Source: the human T2T-CHM13v2.0 reference genome, Homo sapiens
Length of the DNA stretch: 64,000 bases
Direction: 5' to 3' (one strand)
NCBI RefSeq assembly: GCF_009914755.1
Contig: NC_060931.1
Under the pieces are notes generated by a model that ran no database searches, was not told the origin of the DNA, and saw nothing but the letters and a program-made list of their open reading frames with translations. Positions 36,168 through 58,418 of this stretch are shown piece after piece; positions within the stretch are counted from its first letter, which is position 1, and each line of letters starts with the position of its first letter. The position numbers were made by a program, and so were the translations under genes.

Positions 36168-36245
36168 CAGCAAAAACAAAAAACAAAAAACAAACAAACA
36201 AAAGAAACAACAACGACAACAAAAAAAAAAAAACAGAAAAAAAAA
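36168..36245 (+). repeat. A-rich (CAAAA/CAA)n tract
   Basis: Read directly; no adjacent Alu or L1 body recognised. Confidence 0.9.
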
Positions 36246-36418
36246 GTTTTTGTGCACAAAACGACGAACGATGCCAGACTCAGCAAGGTGGTAGATGAAA
36301 CATCTCCTCTTATTTGGGGTCTTGGTGAAGTTTCATAACCCTGTATGGGGACTGTACTGTGTAAAGACACTTTCAGTTACTCTCAATGCACCGTGAAACC
36401 ACAGATAAAGATGATACT

Positions 36419-37077
<659 letters not shown>

Positions 37078-37249
37078 TCATACTTCTTCCGAATAGCCCA
37101 TGTTTAGTTGATATGGACTTGTCACCTTCCTGAGCCTGCTAGAGGGATTTTCTCGGTCATAGCCATTTTTCGTTCCAGCTCTACCCCCTTGGGAGAGAAA
37201 CAACCCACTGCTGCCCCTGTTGTCTAAGCAGCCATGGTTTCTATCATGC

Positions 37250-38906
<1,657 letters not shown>

Positions 38907-39206
38907 GTGCAGCCTCACCAGGCCCAGCCCCAGAGGTGAGGGCGTGACAGTGGGCAGCCTATCCAGGGGTGACCAGCAGGCCGCAGTGCAGTGTCACTGG
39001 ATGAGAGGGGCCAGGCAGAGTCCCTCTAATGGGAAAAACTGAAAGAAGTTGGTTGGAGGTGGGCTCCAGGTCTGCCAGGCCACTGAGTGTGGGCCATCTG
39101 GGGGCCAAGTTCAAGGCAAGGTTATGGATCAGCAAAAAGTAGGAGGAGACAGAGTCAGGGAGAAGCTCCAGGATGGAAGGAAAGAGTCACTGATCTCCTA
39201 AAGGCC

Positions 39207-39514
<308 letters not shown>

Positions 39515-39701
39515 TAAAGGCCCATTTCTAACATGCTCCTCCATGGAGTCCCTTTCCTTGAGCCTGGCTGGGTGGTGCAGGAGGGCCTCTGTTTCTTATG
39601 AATCGAGAAAGCCATCAGGAACAGGCATACCCCAGGCGTTCCAGAGAACCACAGTTCTTGGGAGATCTCGGGAGATCTTGCACAAGGTCGTCCCCCAACC
39701 T

Positions 39702-42289
<2,588 letters not shown>

Positions 42290-42972
42290 CCACTTGTAAT
42301 CTCTGCACTTTAGGAGGCTGATGGGGGAGGATCACTTGGAGCCCAGAGTTCAAGACCAGCCTGGGTAACAAAGCGAGACCCCCATCTCTATAAAAAATTT
42401 AAAAATTACTCAGGCATGGTGGCAAGCACCTGCGGTCCTAGCTTACTTGAGAGGCTGAGGCAGAAGGATCACTTGAGATCAGGAGGTCAAAGCTGTAAAG
42501 AGCTGTGGTCGCGCAACTGCACTCCAGCCTGGGTTACAGAGCAAGACCCTGTCTCAAAAAAAAAAGCAAAAAAGACTGTCACCTCCAGGAGTCGCTAAAA
42601 TATTCCATGCCTTGTGGATATTATACAAAAACAAAATTAGCACATTTGCCAGAAGCCATCTGTTGAATTCTTTAGGCCTGTGGTCCCAGCTACTTGGGAG
42701 GCTGAGGTGGGAACATAGCTTGAGGCCAGGAGTTTCAGGCTGCAGTGAGCTATGATGGCACTACTGCAGTCCAGCCTGGGCAACATAGTAAGACCCGATC
42801 TCAACATTTTAAAAAGTAGCTAGGCATGGTGGTACACACCTGCAGTCCTGGTACTTAGGGGGCTGAGGCAGGAGGATTGCTTGAGCTCAGGAGGTCAAGG
42901 CTGTGGTGAGTTATGATCGCACCACTGCACTTCAGCCTGGGCAACAGAGCAAGACTCTGTCTCTACAAAAAG
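42290..42972 (+). mobile_element. AluJ (42290-42572) plus a right-arm/right-arm Alu dimer (42675-42972)
   Basis: Both arms of the second element contain ggctg(c/t)(a/g)gtgag(c/t)tatgat, a right-arm feature. Confidence 0.8.
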
Positions 42973-42984
42973 AGGCCTTCCAAT

Positions 42985-43742
42985 TGTTAAAGTGAACTAA
43001 ATATGGCCTAAGAATGACTCTGTACTTCTATATCTGAGTCCTTGTGGACAAACTGCAACCTAGCTTAATAGGCAGACAAGACTGAAAACCTAACTTAGGA
43101 GTCTGCACCTGCAACAATAGCTGAGTCTTGGCCAATCCCAGCAGCCATAGTTCAACCACTCATACACTGCTGAGTGTTCAAACTGTGTTCAAATAAGGCA
43201 AATGCCAACCTGTAACCAATCTAGCTGTTTTGTACCTCACTTCTGATTTCTGTACATCATTTCCCTTTATCGTCTATAAATCTTCTTCTACCACGTGGCT
43301 GTGCTGGAGTCTCTGTGAATCTGCTGTGATTCTGGGGGCTGCCCATTCGCGAATCGCTCATTGTTCAATTAAACTCCTTTAAATTTAATTCAGCTGGGCC
43401 AGGCATGGTGACTCATGCCTGTAATCCCCGCATTTTGGGAGACCGAGGTGGGTGGATCACTCGAGGTCAGGAGTTTGAGACCAGCCTGGCCAACATAGTG
43501 AAACCCCGTCTCTACTAAAAATACAAAAATTAGCTGTGTGGTGGTGCGCACCTATAATCCCAGCTACTCAGGGGGCTGAGGCAGGAGAATCACTTGAACC
43601 CAGGAGGCAGAGGTTGCAGTGAGCCAAGATCACGCCACTGTACTCCAGCCTGGGTGATAGAGACTTTGTTTAAAAAAAAAAAAAATGAATTTGGCTGAAG
43701 TCTATGGAGTCCTTCTCAGGCCATATTTAGTTCAATTTAACA
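42985..43742 (+). mobile_element. MER57A LTR with AluS (43397-43685) and an inverted 5'-end copy at its 3' end
   Basis: tgttaaagtgaactaaatatggcc start; 43698-43742 is the reverse complement of the start; flanks caat/cagt. Confidence 0.85.
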
Positions 43743-43984
43743 CAGTGATACCCTGGACCCATGGCCTCTCCCCTTTTCTTGACCTCTCCCAACCAACCAA
43801 CAACAGACTCTGACCCTAGACACCAGGTTCTTTTGAAAAACCCCAAATCGCTTCCATTGTGCAAGTCAGCCTGTAGACCTGGTGCCGGGAACTGTGTTGC
43901 CACAGTTGCAGAAAACTCAAACCTATTTCCAAGTGACAATAAAGTAATATGTATTATCCATCTTTTTGTACCCATTGTAACTAC

Positions 43985-45523
<1,539 letters not shown>

Positions 45524-45895
45524 AAGTAGGAGATAGTAACAATGGTAACAGTGACTATTATTATAGGCTAATGGCTGCAGGCCCAGGAACCTGAGCTGAC
45601 CCCCATCGTGACTAACAGCCTACTGCAACTGCAAGAGTCAGGCTGACTGTGATAAGGGATTGCTGAGGAGGAAGGGCTTGCAAGGTGATTATCAGAAGCA
45701 GTGGCCCCTCACCTTGGCTTTGCCCTCTTTATATGCAGGTGAAGCAGAGGGTAAGCTAAACCTTACCTGAAGCCTCAGAATTCTTCTCCATTTACAGACA
45801 GCGCTGCTACCCCAGCCTGAAATTTAAAAAAAACCCAGCACACATACTCAGGGAAACACATCAGGAATTTAAAAGATCTTCCAGGGATGATGTGA

Positions 45896-46450
<555 letters not shown>

Positions 46451-47752
46451 CTAACAAAGCCCACAATAAAATTTAGCTATTTGCAAAAGTGAGTCCCTCT
46501 TGGCTCCCAGGGAGGCTGAGGTAACACTTGTCAAGGGTGGGTGGGCTGATTCAGGGGTACTACATTCGTGTTGTCTTGTCTGTATGGTAGAAACATCAAG
46601 TCCCACTCCTAACCTCTCAGAAGAAAGTGAGTAAATGAAGACCCTAAAGTTACACCAGAGAAAACCTGTCAATTCCCGCAACCTTCCTTTTGCCCTGCAC
46701 CCTTTCCCATCCCCCAAAGTACACTTGACCCCTCTCTAAAGTGGCTGAATTCTACAGTACTCTGGGGAGAAAGTCAAGTTCTTAGCTATGACGTTGGTCT
46801 TTTTTCCCCGCTTTTGTTAAAAGAAAAAATGATGAGAAATGTTCCTTTCTTGCATTCCTGCACCATCTCCTCTTTCTCTTCCTCAATTTCTTAGGAACGA
46901 AATCACCCAAGATATAAATAAAATGTTCTAAATAAAGCTCTGCCTAACTGCAGCGTAAGACATGTCTGTGTACGTTTGTGACTGTCAGCCAAAATAAGTT
47001 AACCTCCGATGGAAGTCATTTTCATGTAATTAATTATTCTTGTCGCAGCTGAAAGAGACAGGTGCATTATTGGTGTACTTTGGCAGAACTTCTGGGTGAA
47101 CTTAAGAAGTCTGCATTTCAAACACACCAAACAACTGGAGTGCAGCTTTGGCTTTTGTTCTGATATTGTTTCTTGACTTGGAACCTTTATTTCTCAATTA
47201 CTGCAAACTGAAAAAAAAATGAAAACAAAAGAACAGACATCAAAGGCATTCTGAAGTACAGGAGGTACGTGATGTGCCAATTAAGCAACAGGAATGCCGT
47301 CTATTCTGCAACAGCTGATGTTTTCATTCTCCCACTCAGAAAAGGGGTTTAGGTTGTTTGGGGTTTTACAGAAAAGCCACTTGTGATCGGGTAAGTCTGT
47401 TATTAGCAAGAGTTTTCTTTGTGTCATGGAGGTCAAAGTCCTGGCATGTTAACATTTTTGAACAAGAAAGAAACATAGCAGGATGAAAGAGAGACTGGCC
47501 AGGTGAATTTGCAGCTTGTTGAATGAAACTGTTCAAATACGGACTATTACGGAGTTGAGGGTCTCTAGCGGAATGCCTTAGGGCTCTTTCCTTAGCCTTC
47601 TGAAACTATTTGAGGCTGACCAAAGGGGGAAATGCCAGGAAGCTGAAGGAACAGTAACTGCTGGGTGACAGAATTAGATCAACCCACTCCAAAGACTAGT
47701 ATGATGGGCCTATTGAACCAGCTGTTTTCCAAAATAAATGTTTTAGAAAATA

Positions 47753-47810
47753 GCTGTTTTCCGTTACTTTCAATGGCAAAAACTGCAATTACTTTTGTAC
47801 CAACCTAATA
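47753..47810. mobile_element. Partial MADE1 (Hsmar1-derived MITE)
   Basis: aatggcaaaaactgcaattacttttgtaccaacctaa-TA is one full Hsmar1 TIR plus spacer; most of the other arm is missing. Confidence 0.88.
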
Positions 47811-48186
47811 AATTCTTGCCAAAACAAACAAAAAAGCCCAAAACCGAAACCTACAGCATATGAAGAGTTAACTTGAAAGCTACCTTACAATCTTACCCTT
47901 TCTAAGACATTTGGTGTTAATTGCTCTTATAAGCAGTATGGAATTATATTTTAAATCCAATTTGATATTTAACAGGTGAGTTTGACCGAATCGCATTTAT
48001 TGTAATTGCTGTTATATTGGGATTTAATTCTATCATCTTATTTTGTATTTTTCTATTGCTATGTTTGTCTCCCTCTCTTTTTTTTTCTATGAATTGATGA
48101 AATTTTTTTATTCTCATTTTTTTCTTCTACTGTTTTGGAAATGACAGCTTATCTTTCTGTTCTTTCATCAGTACCTGTACATTTTT

Positions 48187-49362
48187 TTAAAATGGGTAGT
48201 TTGTGGCCCTAAGAAGGATAAGACATCAGTTTGAAAAGAGACCCTATCAGAGTAGCATGAATTCTGCTAAAATTGAAGCAGGAACAAACATCAAGTTTAT
48301 GATGAACTTTGGGTGAAAGAATGGTGAAATCATTGATACTTTATAAAAAGTTTATGGCAACAATGCCACAAGGAAATCAGAAGTTTACAAATGAATAAGT
48401 TGTTTTAAGAAGGGATAAGATGATGTTGAAGATAAAGCTTGTACCAGCAGACCACCTACATCAGTTTACCAGAAAAAAATTAATCTTGTTGATGCCCTCA
48501 TTGAAAAGGACCAAAGAGTAACAGCAGAAACAATAGCCCACACCTTAGATATCTCACTTGGTTCCGCTTACACAATTCTGACTGAGGAATCAAAGTTGAT
48601 CAAACTTTCCACTTCATGGATACCAAACTGTTGCACCCAGATAAGCTACGGACAAGGACAGAGTTTCAGTGGAAATTTTGAGCAAGTGGGATCAAGATCC
48701 TGAAGCATGTCTTCAAAGAAGATGAAACATGGCTTCACCGGTAAAATCCTGAAGACAAAGCACAGTCAAAGCAATGGCTACCAAGAGGGGGAAGTGGTCC
48801 TGTCCAAGCAAAAGGAAGAGTGAACCACTCATAAGCAAAGGTCATGGCACCAGCTTTTTGGGATGCTGAAGGCATTTTGCTTGTTGACTTTCTGCAGGGC
48901 TAGATTACAACAGCGTCTGCTTATTGTGAGGGTGTTTTGACAAAGTTAGCCAAACTTTAGCAAAAAAGCTCTCAGGAAAGCTTTATCAGAAAGTCCGTCT
49001 CCACCACGACATTGCTTCTGCTCATTCCTCTCATCAAACAAGAGCAATCTTGTGAGAGTTTTGATGGAAAATTACTAGGCATCCACCTTACAGTCCTGAT
49101 TTGGCTCATTCTGACTTCTTTTTGTTTCCTAATCTAAAAATCTTGAAAGGGTACCCATTTTTTTTTTCAGTTAATAATATTAAATATACTGCATTGACAT
49201 GGGTAAATTCCCAGGATCCTCAGTTCTTTAGGAATGGACTACATATCATCACCTACAAACACGTCTTTAACTGGATGGAGCTTGTGTTGAGAAATAACGT
49301 TTACATTTCTTATTTTTATCTTTTAATTTCTTTTTCCCATAAAGTTTTTGAAGTTCCTTCAT
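48187..49362 (+). mobile_element. HSMAR2 mariner transposon lacking its 5' TIR
   Basis: Transposase fossil followed by 3' TIR ttttcccataaagtttttgaagttccttc-ata. Confidence 0.92.
48257..49297 (+). pseudogene. Dead HSMAR2 DD34D transposase
   Basis: MNSAKIEAGTNIKFM start; DETW, HHD and YSPDLAHSDFFLFPNLK motifs; in-frame TGA at codons 20 and 46, further stops and indels. Confidence 0.92.
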
Positions 49363-49659
49363 ATTTTTATTTTGTGCTCACACTGGAGCAATAACTTATC
49401 TGGGTATAGGATTCTAGATTGACAGTTGTTATTTCTCCACAGTTTTGTGTTTTCTGGCAACTAATGATGAGCTGTCTGCCTAATTGTCTTTGCTTTGTAA
49501 GTAATCAATATATTCTCCCTGGCAGCTCTGAACCTCTTCCTGTCTATCCCTAGTAATCTGTAGTTTCACTAACATTGTCTATGTGTGAGTTTATTTGTAT
49601 TTATGTTGCTTGGCACAAGATGCAAAATTTCTAACTAAGGACTTCATATGTTTTCACAA

Positions 49660-52260
<2,601 letters not shown>

Positions 52261-54036
52261 GGGTTAATATCTACCATATTTATAACTGTTTTCTATTCAC
52301 AGCCCTGCTCTTTTTTCTTAATTTCTTTCTATCTTTTTCTTTTCTTTTCTTTTTGGCATTCCCTTCTTTTTATATCTTCTCTGGTTTTAAGTGAGCATTT
52401 TATATGATTCAATTTTCTCTTACAGCATTTCAATTATATTTCTTTTAAGAACTATTTTAGTGTTTGCAGCATACATTTACAACTAATTCAAGACCACTTT
52501 CAAATAATATTATACTGTTTCATAGGTAGTGCAGGTACCTTAAAACGGAGTACTCCCAATTTCTTGTTCACAACCTTTGTAATATTGTTGTCATACATTT
52601 CATTTATATCCATAAGTTATAATCATCCAATACAATATTGCTGTTGTTTTTAACAAAGTTATATATTAGATCAATTAAGAATAAGACAAATAAATGATTT
52701 TTTATTTTATCTTTATTTGTTTGTTTTCTAATGCTCATTCTTTCTTCACGTAGATCTGAATTTCTGACCTGTATTACTTTCCTTCTCTCTGAAGAACTTA
52801 TTTTTAGATTTCTTATAAAGTAGGTCTACTGATGACAAATTCCATCAGTTTTTGTTTTTCTGAGAAAGAAGGTCTTCTTCACTTTTAAAGGTTAATTTTG
52901 CTGGATAGAGAATTACTGATTGGTGTATTGTTTTTTCTTATTTTACTCCACTCTCATTTTGCTTGTATAGTTTCTAAAGGGAAGTCTGACATAATTCTTA
53001 TCCTTGTTTCCCTTCAGGTAAGGTGTTTTCTTCCTCTGACTTCTTTCAAGCTGTTCTCTTTGTTTTCTAGTTTAAATATGACATGCTTAAAGGTTTTTTA
53101 TTTGTTTATTTTGTTGTTGTAGTTATTTGTCCTCCCTGATATTCTCTGAAGTTACTGAAACTGTGGTTTAGTGTCTCTCGTTAATTTTGGAGAACTCTCA
53201 TGCATTCATATTTCAAATGTTTTGTCTATTCCTTTCTATGTTTACTCTCCTTCTGGTAATCCCATTACATGTATTTACACCTTTTGTAATTGACCCATCA
53301 TTCTTGAACATTCTGCTCTTTTTTTTTTTCATTCTCCTGTTTTCTCTTCACATTCCAGTTTGGGAAATTTCTCTTGACATTTTTTCAAGCTTGCTGATTA
53401 TTTTCATAGCCAAATCCAGTTTACTGATGAACCCATTAAAAAATTATTTCTTTCTGACACAATGTTTTTAATTTCTAGCATTTCTTTTAGATTCTATATT
53501 AGCATGTTCCTATCTCTGTTTCCAATTACCATGTGTTGTTGCCTGTCGTTCGCTTTTTTCCATTAAATCCTTTAGCATACTAATTGTAGTTATATTAAAT
53601 GCCCAGCTTGACGATTTCAATGTCTATGAGTCTGGTTCTGATGCTTGCTTTGTCTCTTCAGACTGTGTTTTATTGTGCTTTTTAGCATGCCTGCAATTTT
53701 TTGTTGAAAGTCAAATAAGATGTATTAGGTAATAGGAACTGAGGTAAATAGGCCTTTAATTTGAGGTTTTATGCTTATCTGGATGGGAGTTAGGCTGTGT
53801 TTAATGTTTGCTATAGCTGTAGCTATAGGTGTCAGAGGCTTCCTTGTTTTTTTCTCTCCTGTTGTCTTTGTGTTTCCCTAGAAAGATTATTTTTAAATAG
53901 AGTCTGTGTCTTGAAGCTGTATCAGTTGTAATCCATTATTATTATCCTGGAACCCTGTTGATGTTGTGGTAAGATACTGAGGAGGGAAGACAGTCTATAA
54001 TCTTATGATTAAATCTTAGAGTTTTTTTTTTTTTAA

Positions 54037-55738
54037 AGCAAAACACTGCTGAAAGAAATAATAGATAACACAAACAAATGGAAACACATCCCATGCTCAT
54101 GGATGGGAAGAATCAATATTGTGAAAATGACCATACTACCCAAAGCAATCTACAGAATCAATGCGGTTCCCATCAAAATACCATCATCATTTTTCACAGA
54201 ACTGGAAAAAACAATCCCAAAATTCATATGGAACAAAAAACAAGACCACATAGCCAAATAAATTCTAAGCAAAAAGAACAAATCCGGAGGCATCACATTA
54301 CCAGGATTCAAATTATACTACAAGGCTATAGTTACCAAAACAGCATGGTAGTGGTATAAAAATAGGCACTCAGACAAAAGGAACAGGTTAGAGAATTCAT
54401 AAATAAAGCCAAATGCTTACAGGGAACTGATCTTCAACAAAGCATACAAAAACATAAATTGGGGAAAGGACACTACCTATTCAATAAATGCTGCTGGGAA
54501 AATTGGCAAGCCACATGTAGAAGAATGAAAATGGATCCCCATCTATTACCTTACACAAAAATCAACTCAGAATGGATGAAAGACTGAAATATAAGGCCTG
54601 AAACCATAACAACTCTAGAAGATAACACTGGAAAAAGTCTTTTGGACATTGGTCTAGGCAAAGAATTCATGACTGAGCCCCAAAAGCAAATGCAACTAAA
54701 ACAAACAAACAAAAACAAATAAATGGAACATAATGAAGCTAAAAAATCTTCTGCACAGCAAAAGCTATAGTCAGCACAACAGATAACCCACAGAGTAAGA
54801 GAGAATATTCACAAACATGAATTTAACAAAGGACTAGTATTTAGAATCTACAAAGTACTTGAACAATTCAGCAAGAAAAAACAAATAATCCCATCAAAAA
54901 GTGGGTAAATGTCATGAATAGACATTTCTCAAAAGAAGATATGCAAACAGCCAACAAACATATGAGAAAATGCTCAGCATCACTAATCATCAGGAAAATG
55001 AAAATTAAAACCACAGTGAGATACCACCTTACTCTTACAAGAATGGCCATAATTAAAAAGTCAAAAACCAATAGATGTTGTCATGAATGTGGTGAAAAGG
55101 GAACAATTTTACACTGCAGGTGGTCATGTAAATTAGTACAACCACTGTGGAAAACAGTATGGAGATTCCTTAAAGAACTAAATGTAGATCTACCATTCAA
55201 TCCAGCAATCCCACTGGGTATCTACTCAAAGGAGAAGAAGTCACTATAAGAAAAAGACACAAGCACACACATGTTTATAGCAGCACATTCACAATTGCAA
55301 AGATATGAAACCAATCTAAGTGCCCACTGATCAATGAGTGGATAAAGAAAATGTGGTACATATACACCATGGAATATTAGCCATAAAGAGGAATGAAATA
55401 ATGTCTTTTGCAGCAATTTGGGTAGAGCTAGAGGCCATTATTCTAAATGAAGCAACCCAGAAATGGAAAACCGTATTTCATATTCTCACTTATAAATGGG
55501 AGCTAAGTTATGAGGATGCAAAGACATACAGAGTCACATAATAGACCTTGGTCGGGGGAGAGGTTGGGAGGAGAGGTGAATGATGAAAGACTACATATTG
55601 GGTACAGCGTACACTGCTTGAGTGACAGGTGCACTAAAATATCAGAAGCTGCCACTATAGAACTCATCCATGTAATAAAAAACCACCTGTATCCCAAAAA
55701 CTAAAAACATTGAAATAAAAAAATAATAATTAAAAAAA
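54037..55738 (+). mobile_element. L1PB-like element, 5'-truncated (ORF2 C-terminus + 3'UTR)
   Basis: Encodes [23 protein letters not shown] and MNRHFSKED fragments; A-rich tail; TSD-like aaatc(tt)agagtt. Confidence 0.88.
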
Positions 55739-56736
55739 TCAGAGTTGTTTTTTTTTTTTTTTTTTTTTTTTTTTAGTGAGCCTGAGGCCCTGTGCTGTGA
55801 CCTTCAGAAGAGCCTCTCAGGCTTTTTTTTTTTTTTTTCTCTGCTTATGTAGGCAGGGAGCTAGAGTTGGCTGCAGGTATCTAATTGCCCCTGCCTAGAT
55901 TCCAGAACAGATTCTGGAAGTTTTCCTTGAGAGTAGGACTTTGTTGCTGAGAATAGAATACTCTGGGTATGTATATATATAAAGTGCTGGGATTACAGAC
56001 ATGAGCCACCATGCCTAGCCTGGGTATATTTTTAAATAATTACTTTTTGCTTCCTCCTGCCTGAAGAAAGAGATGTTTCTCCTGTCTTCGCTGGGAGAAC
56101 CTGGGGAGTCTCCTGGATGTAAAACCCATAAAAGTATAGGGGTTCCTAAGACTGGGACCCCAGGAGTTTGTAACTCCCCAGTTATACCATGTTCAGTGTG
56201 CATCAATTACTCAATTACATTTTAAGCGTTCCTACCAGTTACTGGCTCCAGAAGCTTCTGCTCCCCATAGGCTGTGATTTATCATATTCACCTGTGTTTC
56301 CAAATGCCAAAGCAGCATTCTGAGGCGTGACCTTAATTCTATTACAGATCTAAGAAGAGTTGTTGATTTTCAGTTTTTTCAGCTTTTTTTCTTGTTGTAA
56401 GGATGGAGGTGAAAACTTCCAGGCTCTTTATGTGTCAGAGCTAAAACTGAAAGTCTGTTTCCTGTTTTTCATTTCTGTTTTCTTATTCCTGCCTTCTTGT
56501 GGTTACTTGGTCATTTAAAAAATTTCATTTTGATTTATTTATAGTGCTTTTCAATGTATCTTTATAGATTTATTAGTTATTGTTCTAGGTATTATATTGT
56601 ACATACATAACATTTCAGTCTACTGGTGTCGATATTTTAGAAGATCAAGTGAAATGTAGAAAGCTTACTTCTCAGCTGGGCATGGTGGTTCATGCCTGTA
56701 ATCCCAGCACTTTGGGAGGACAAGACAGGCAGATCA

Positions 56737-56997
<261 letters not shown>

Positions 56998-57860
56998 TTA
57001 CTTCTCTTTTTGTCCCTTTATCCTCCTCCTTTTATGATATAATTGTGTCTACATACATTGAGAATCACATCAGAGTTATAATTTTTGTTTCAACCATCAA
57101 ATATAATTTAGAAAACTCAAGAAGAGAAGAAGTCTATTGTGTTCTTTCTTCTTTCCTGATGTTCCAAGATTTCTTATTTTATCATTTAGGGAAATTCCAC
57201 TGGCCATTTTTTTAGCATAGGTCTACTGCTGACAAATTCTCTTAGCTTCTCTTCATTCAAAAATGTCTTGATTTCCCCTTCATTTCTGAAAGATATTTTT
57301 GCTGGATACAGAATTGTAGATGGATAGGTTTGTTTTTTATTTCAGTGCTTTAAAATGTGCCACTTCCTTCCGGCCTCTGATGAGAAATCCATTGTTAGAT
57401 GAATTGTTTCTCTTTTGTAGGTAAGGTCTAATTTCTCTCTTACTGCTGTCAAGATATTTACTATTTTCTTTTTAAACCAAAGAGTTTTTATCAACTTGAC
57501 TATGGTATGGATTGCTTTCAGTTTATCCTATTTGGGGTTTACTTAGCTTCTGAAATCTGCAAATTTATGTCTTTTGTCAAATTTGAGGATTTTTCAGCCA
57601 TTATTCCTGTGAACATTTTTTAGCCCCACCCACTGTCTCCTCTCCTTCTTGGACTCCAATGACATAAATGTTAGATCTTTTGTAGTAGTTCTACAGAGTT
57701 TTAAAGCTCTGTCCTTTTTTTCTTCTCTTTTCTTCAGCGTATTTTCTCTGTTGCTCAGATTGGGTAATTTCTATTGTTGTATCTTCACATTTACTAATTC
57801 TTTCCTCTGTCTTCTCCATTCTGCTGTTAAGCCCATCCATTCAGGTTTAATTTTGGTGGT

Positions 57861-58227
57861 TGTATTAGTTTGTTCTCACACTGCTAATAAAGACATACTC
57901 TAGGTAATTTATAAAGGAAAGAGATTTAATTGACTCACAGTTCAGCATGGCTGGGGAAGCCTCAGGAAACTTACAATCATGGCAGAAGGGGAAGCAATCA
58001 TGTCCTTCTTCACATGGCAGCAGCAAGAAGTGCAGAGTGGAAGGGGGAGAAGCCACTTATAAAACTATCAGATCTCATGAGAGCTTACTCACTATTACGA
58101 GAACAGCATAAGGGTATCTGCCCCATGATTAAATTACCTCTCACCGGGTGCCTCCCACAATGTGTGGGGATTACGGGAACTACAATTCAAGATGAGATTT
58201 GGGTGGGGACACAGCCAAACCATATCA
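57861..58227 (-). mobile_element. THE1 solo LTR
   Basis: tgtattag...catatca; perfect TSD gtggt. Confidence 0.9.
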
Positions 58228-58418
58228 GTGGTTGAATTTTCCAGCTTTAAAATTTCCGTTTGATTCTTTGCTTATGCCTTCTATTTCAGTGCTGAGACTT
58301 TCTGCATTTGCCTGCATTTCAAGTGTGTTCATCACTGCTTGTTGAAGCATTTTATAACGTGTGTGTTAAAATCGTTGTCAGATAATTCTAACATCTGTGT
58401 CATCTCAATGCTGACATC

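Noticed and set aside
47753-47810. miR-548-like precursor
   Set aside because: Only one TIR arm is present, so no pre-miRNA hairpin can form
49101-49394. 97-aa ORF with SDFFLFPNLK
   Set aside because: Fragment of the dead HSMAR2 transposase; upstream stops and no ATG start
54078-55249. ORFs inside the L1PB element
   Set aside because: Broken L1 ORF2 remnants and off-frame reads of a 5'-truncated dead element
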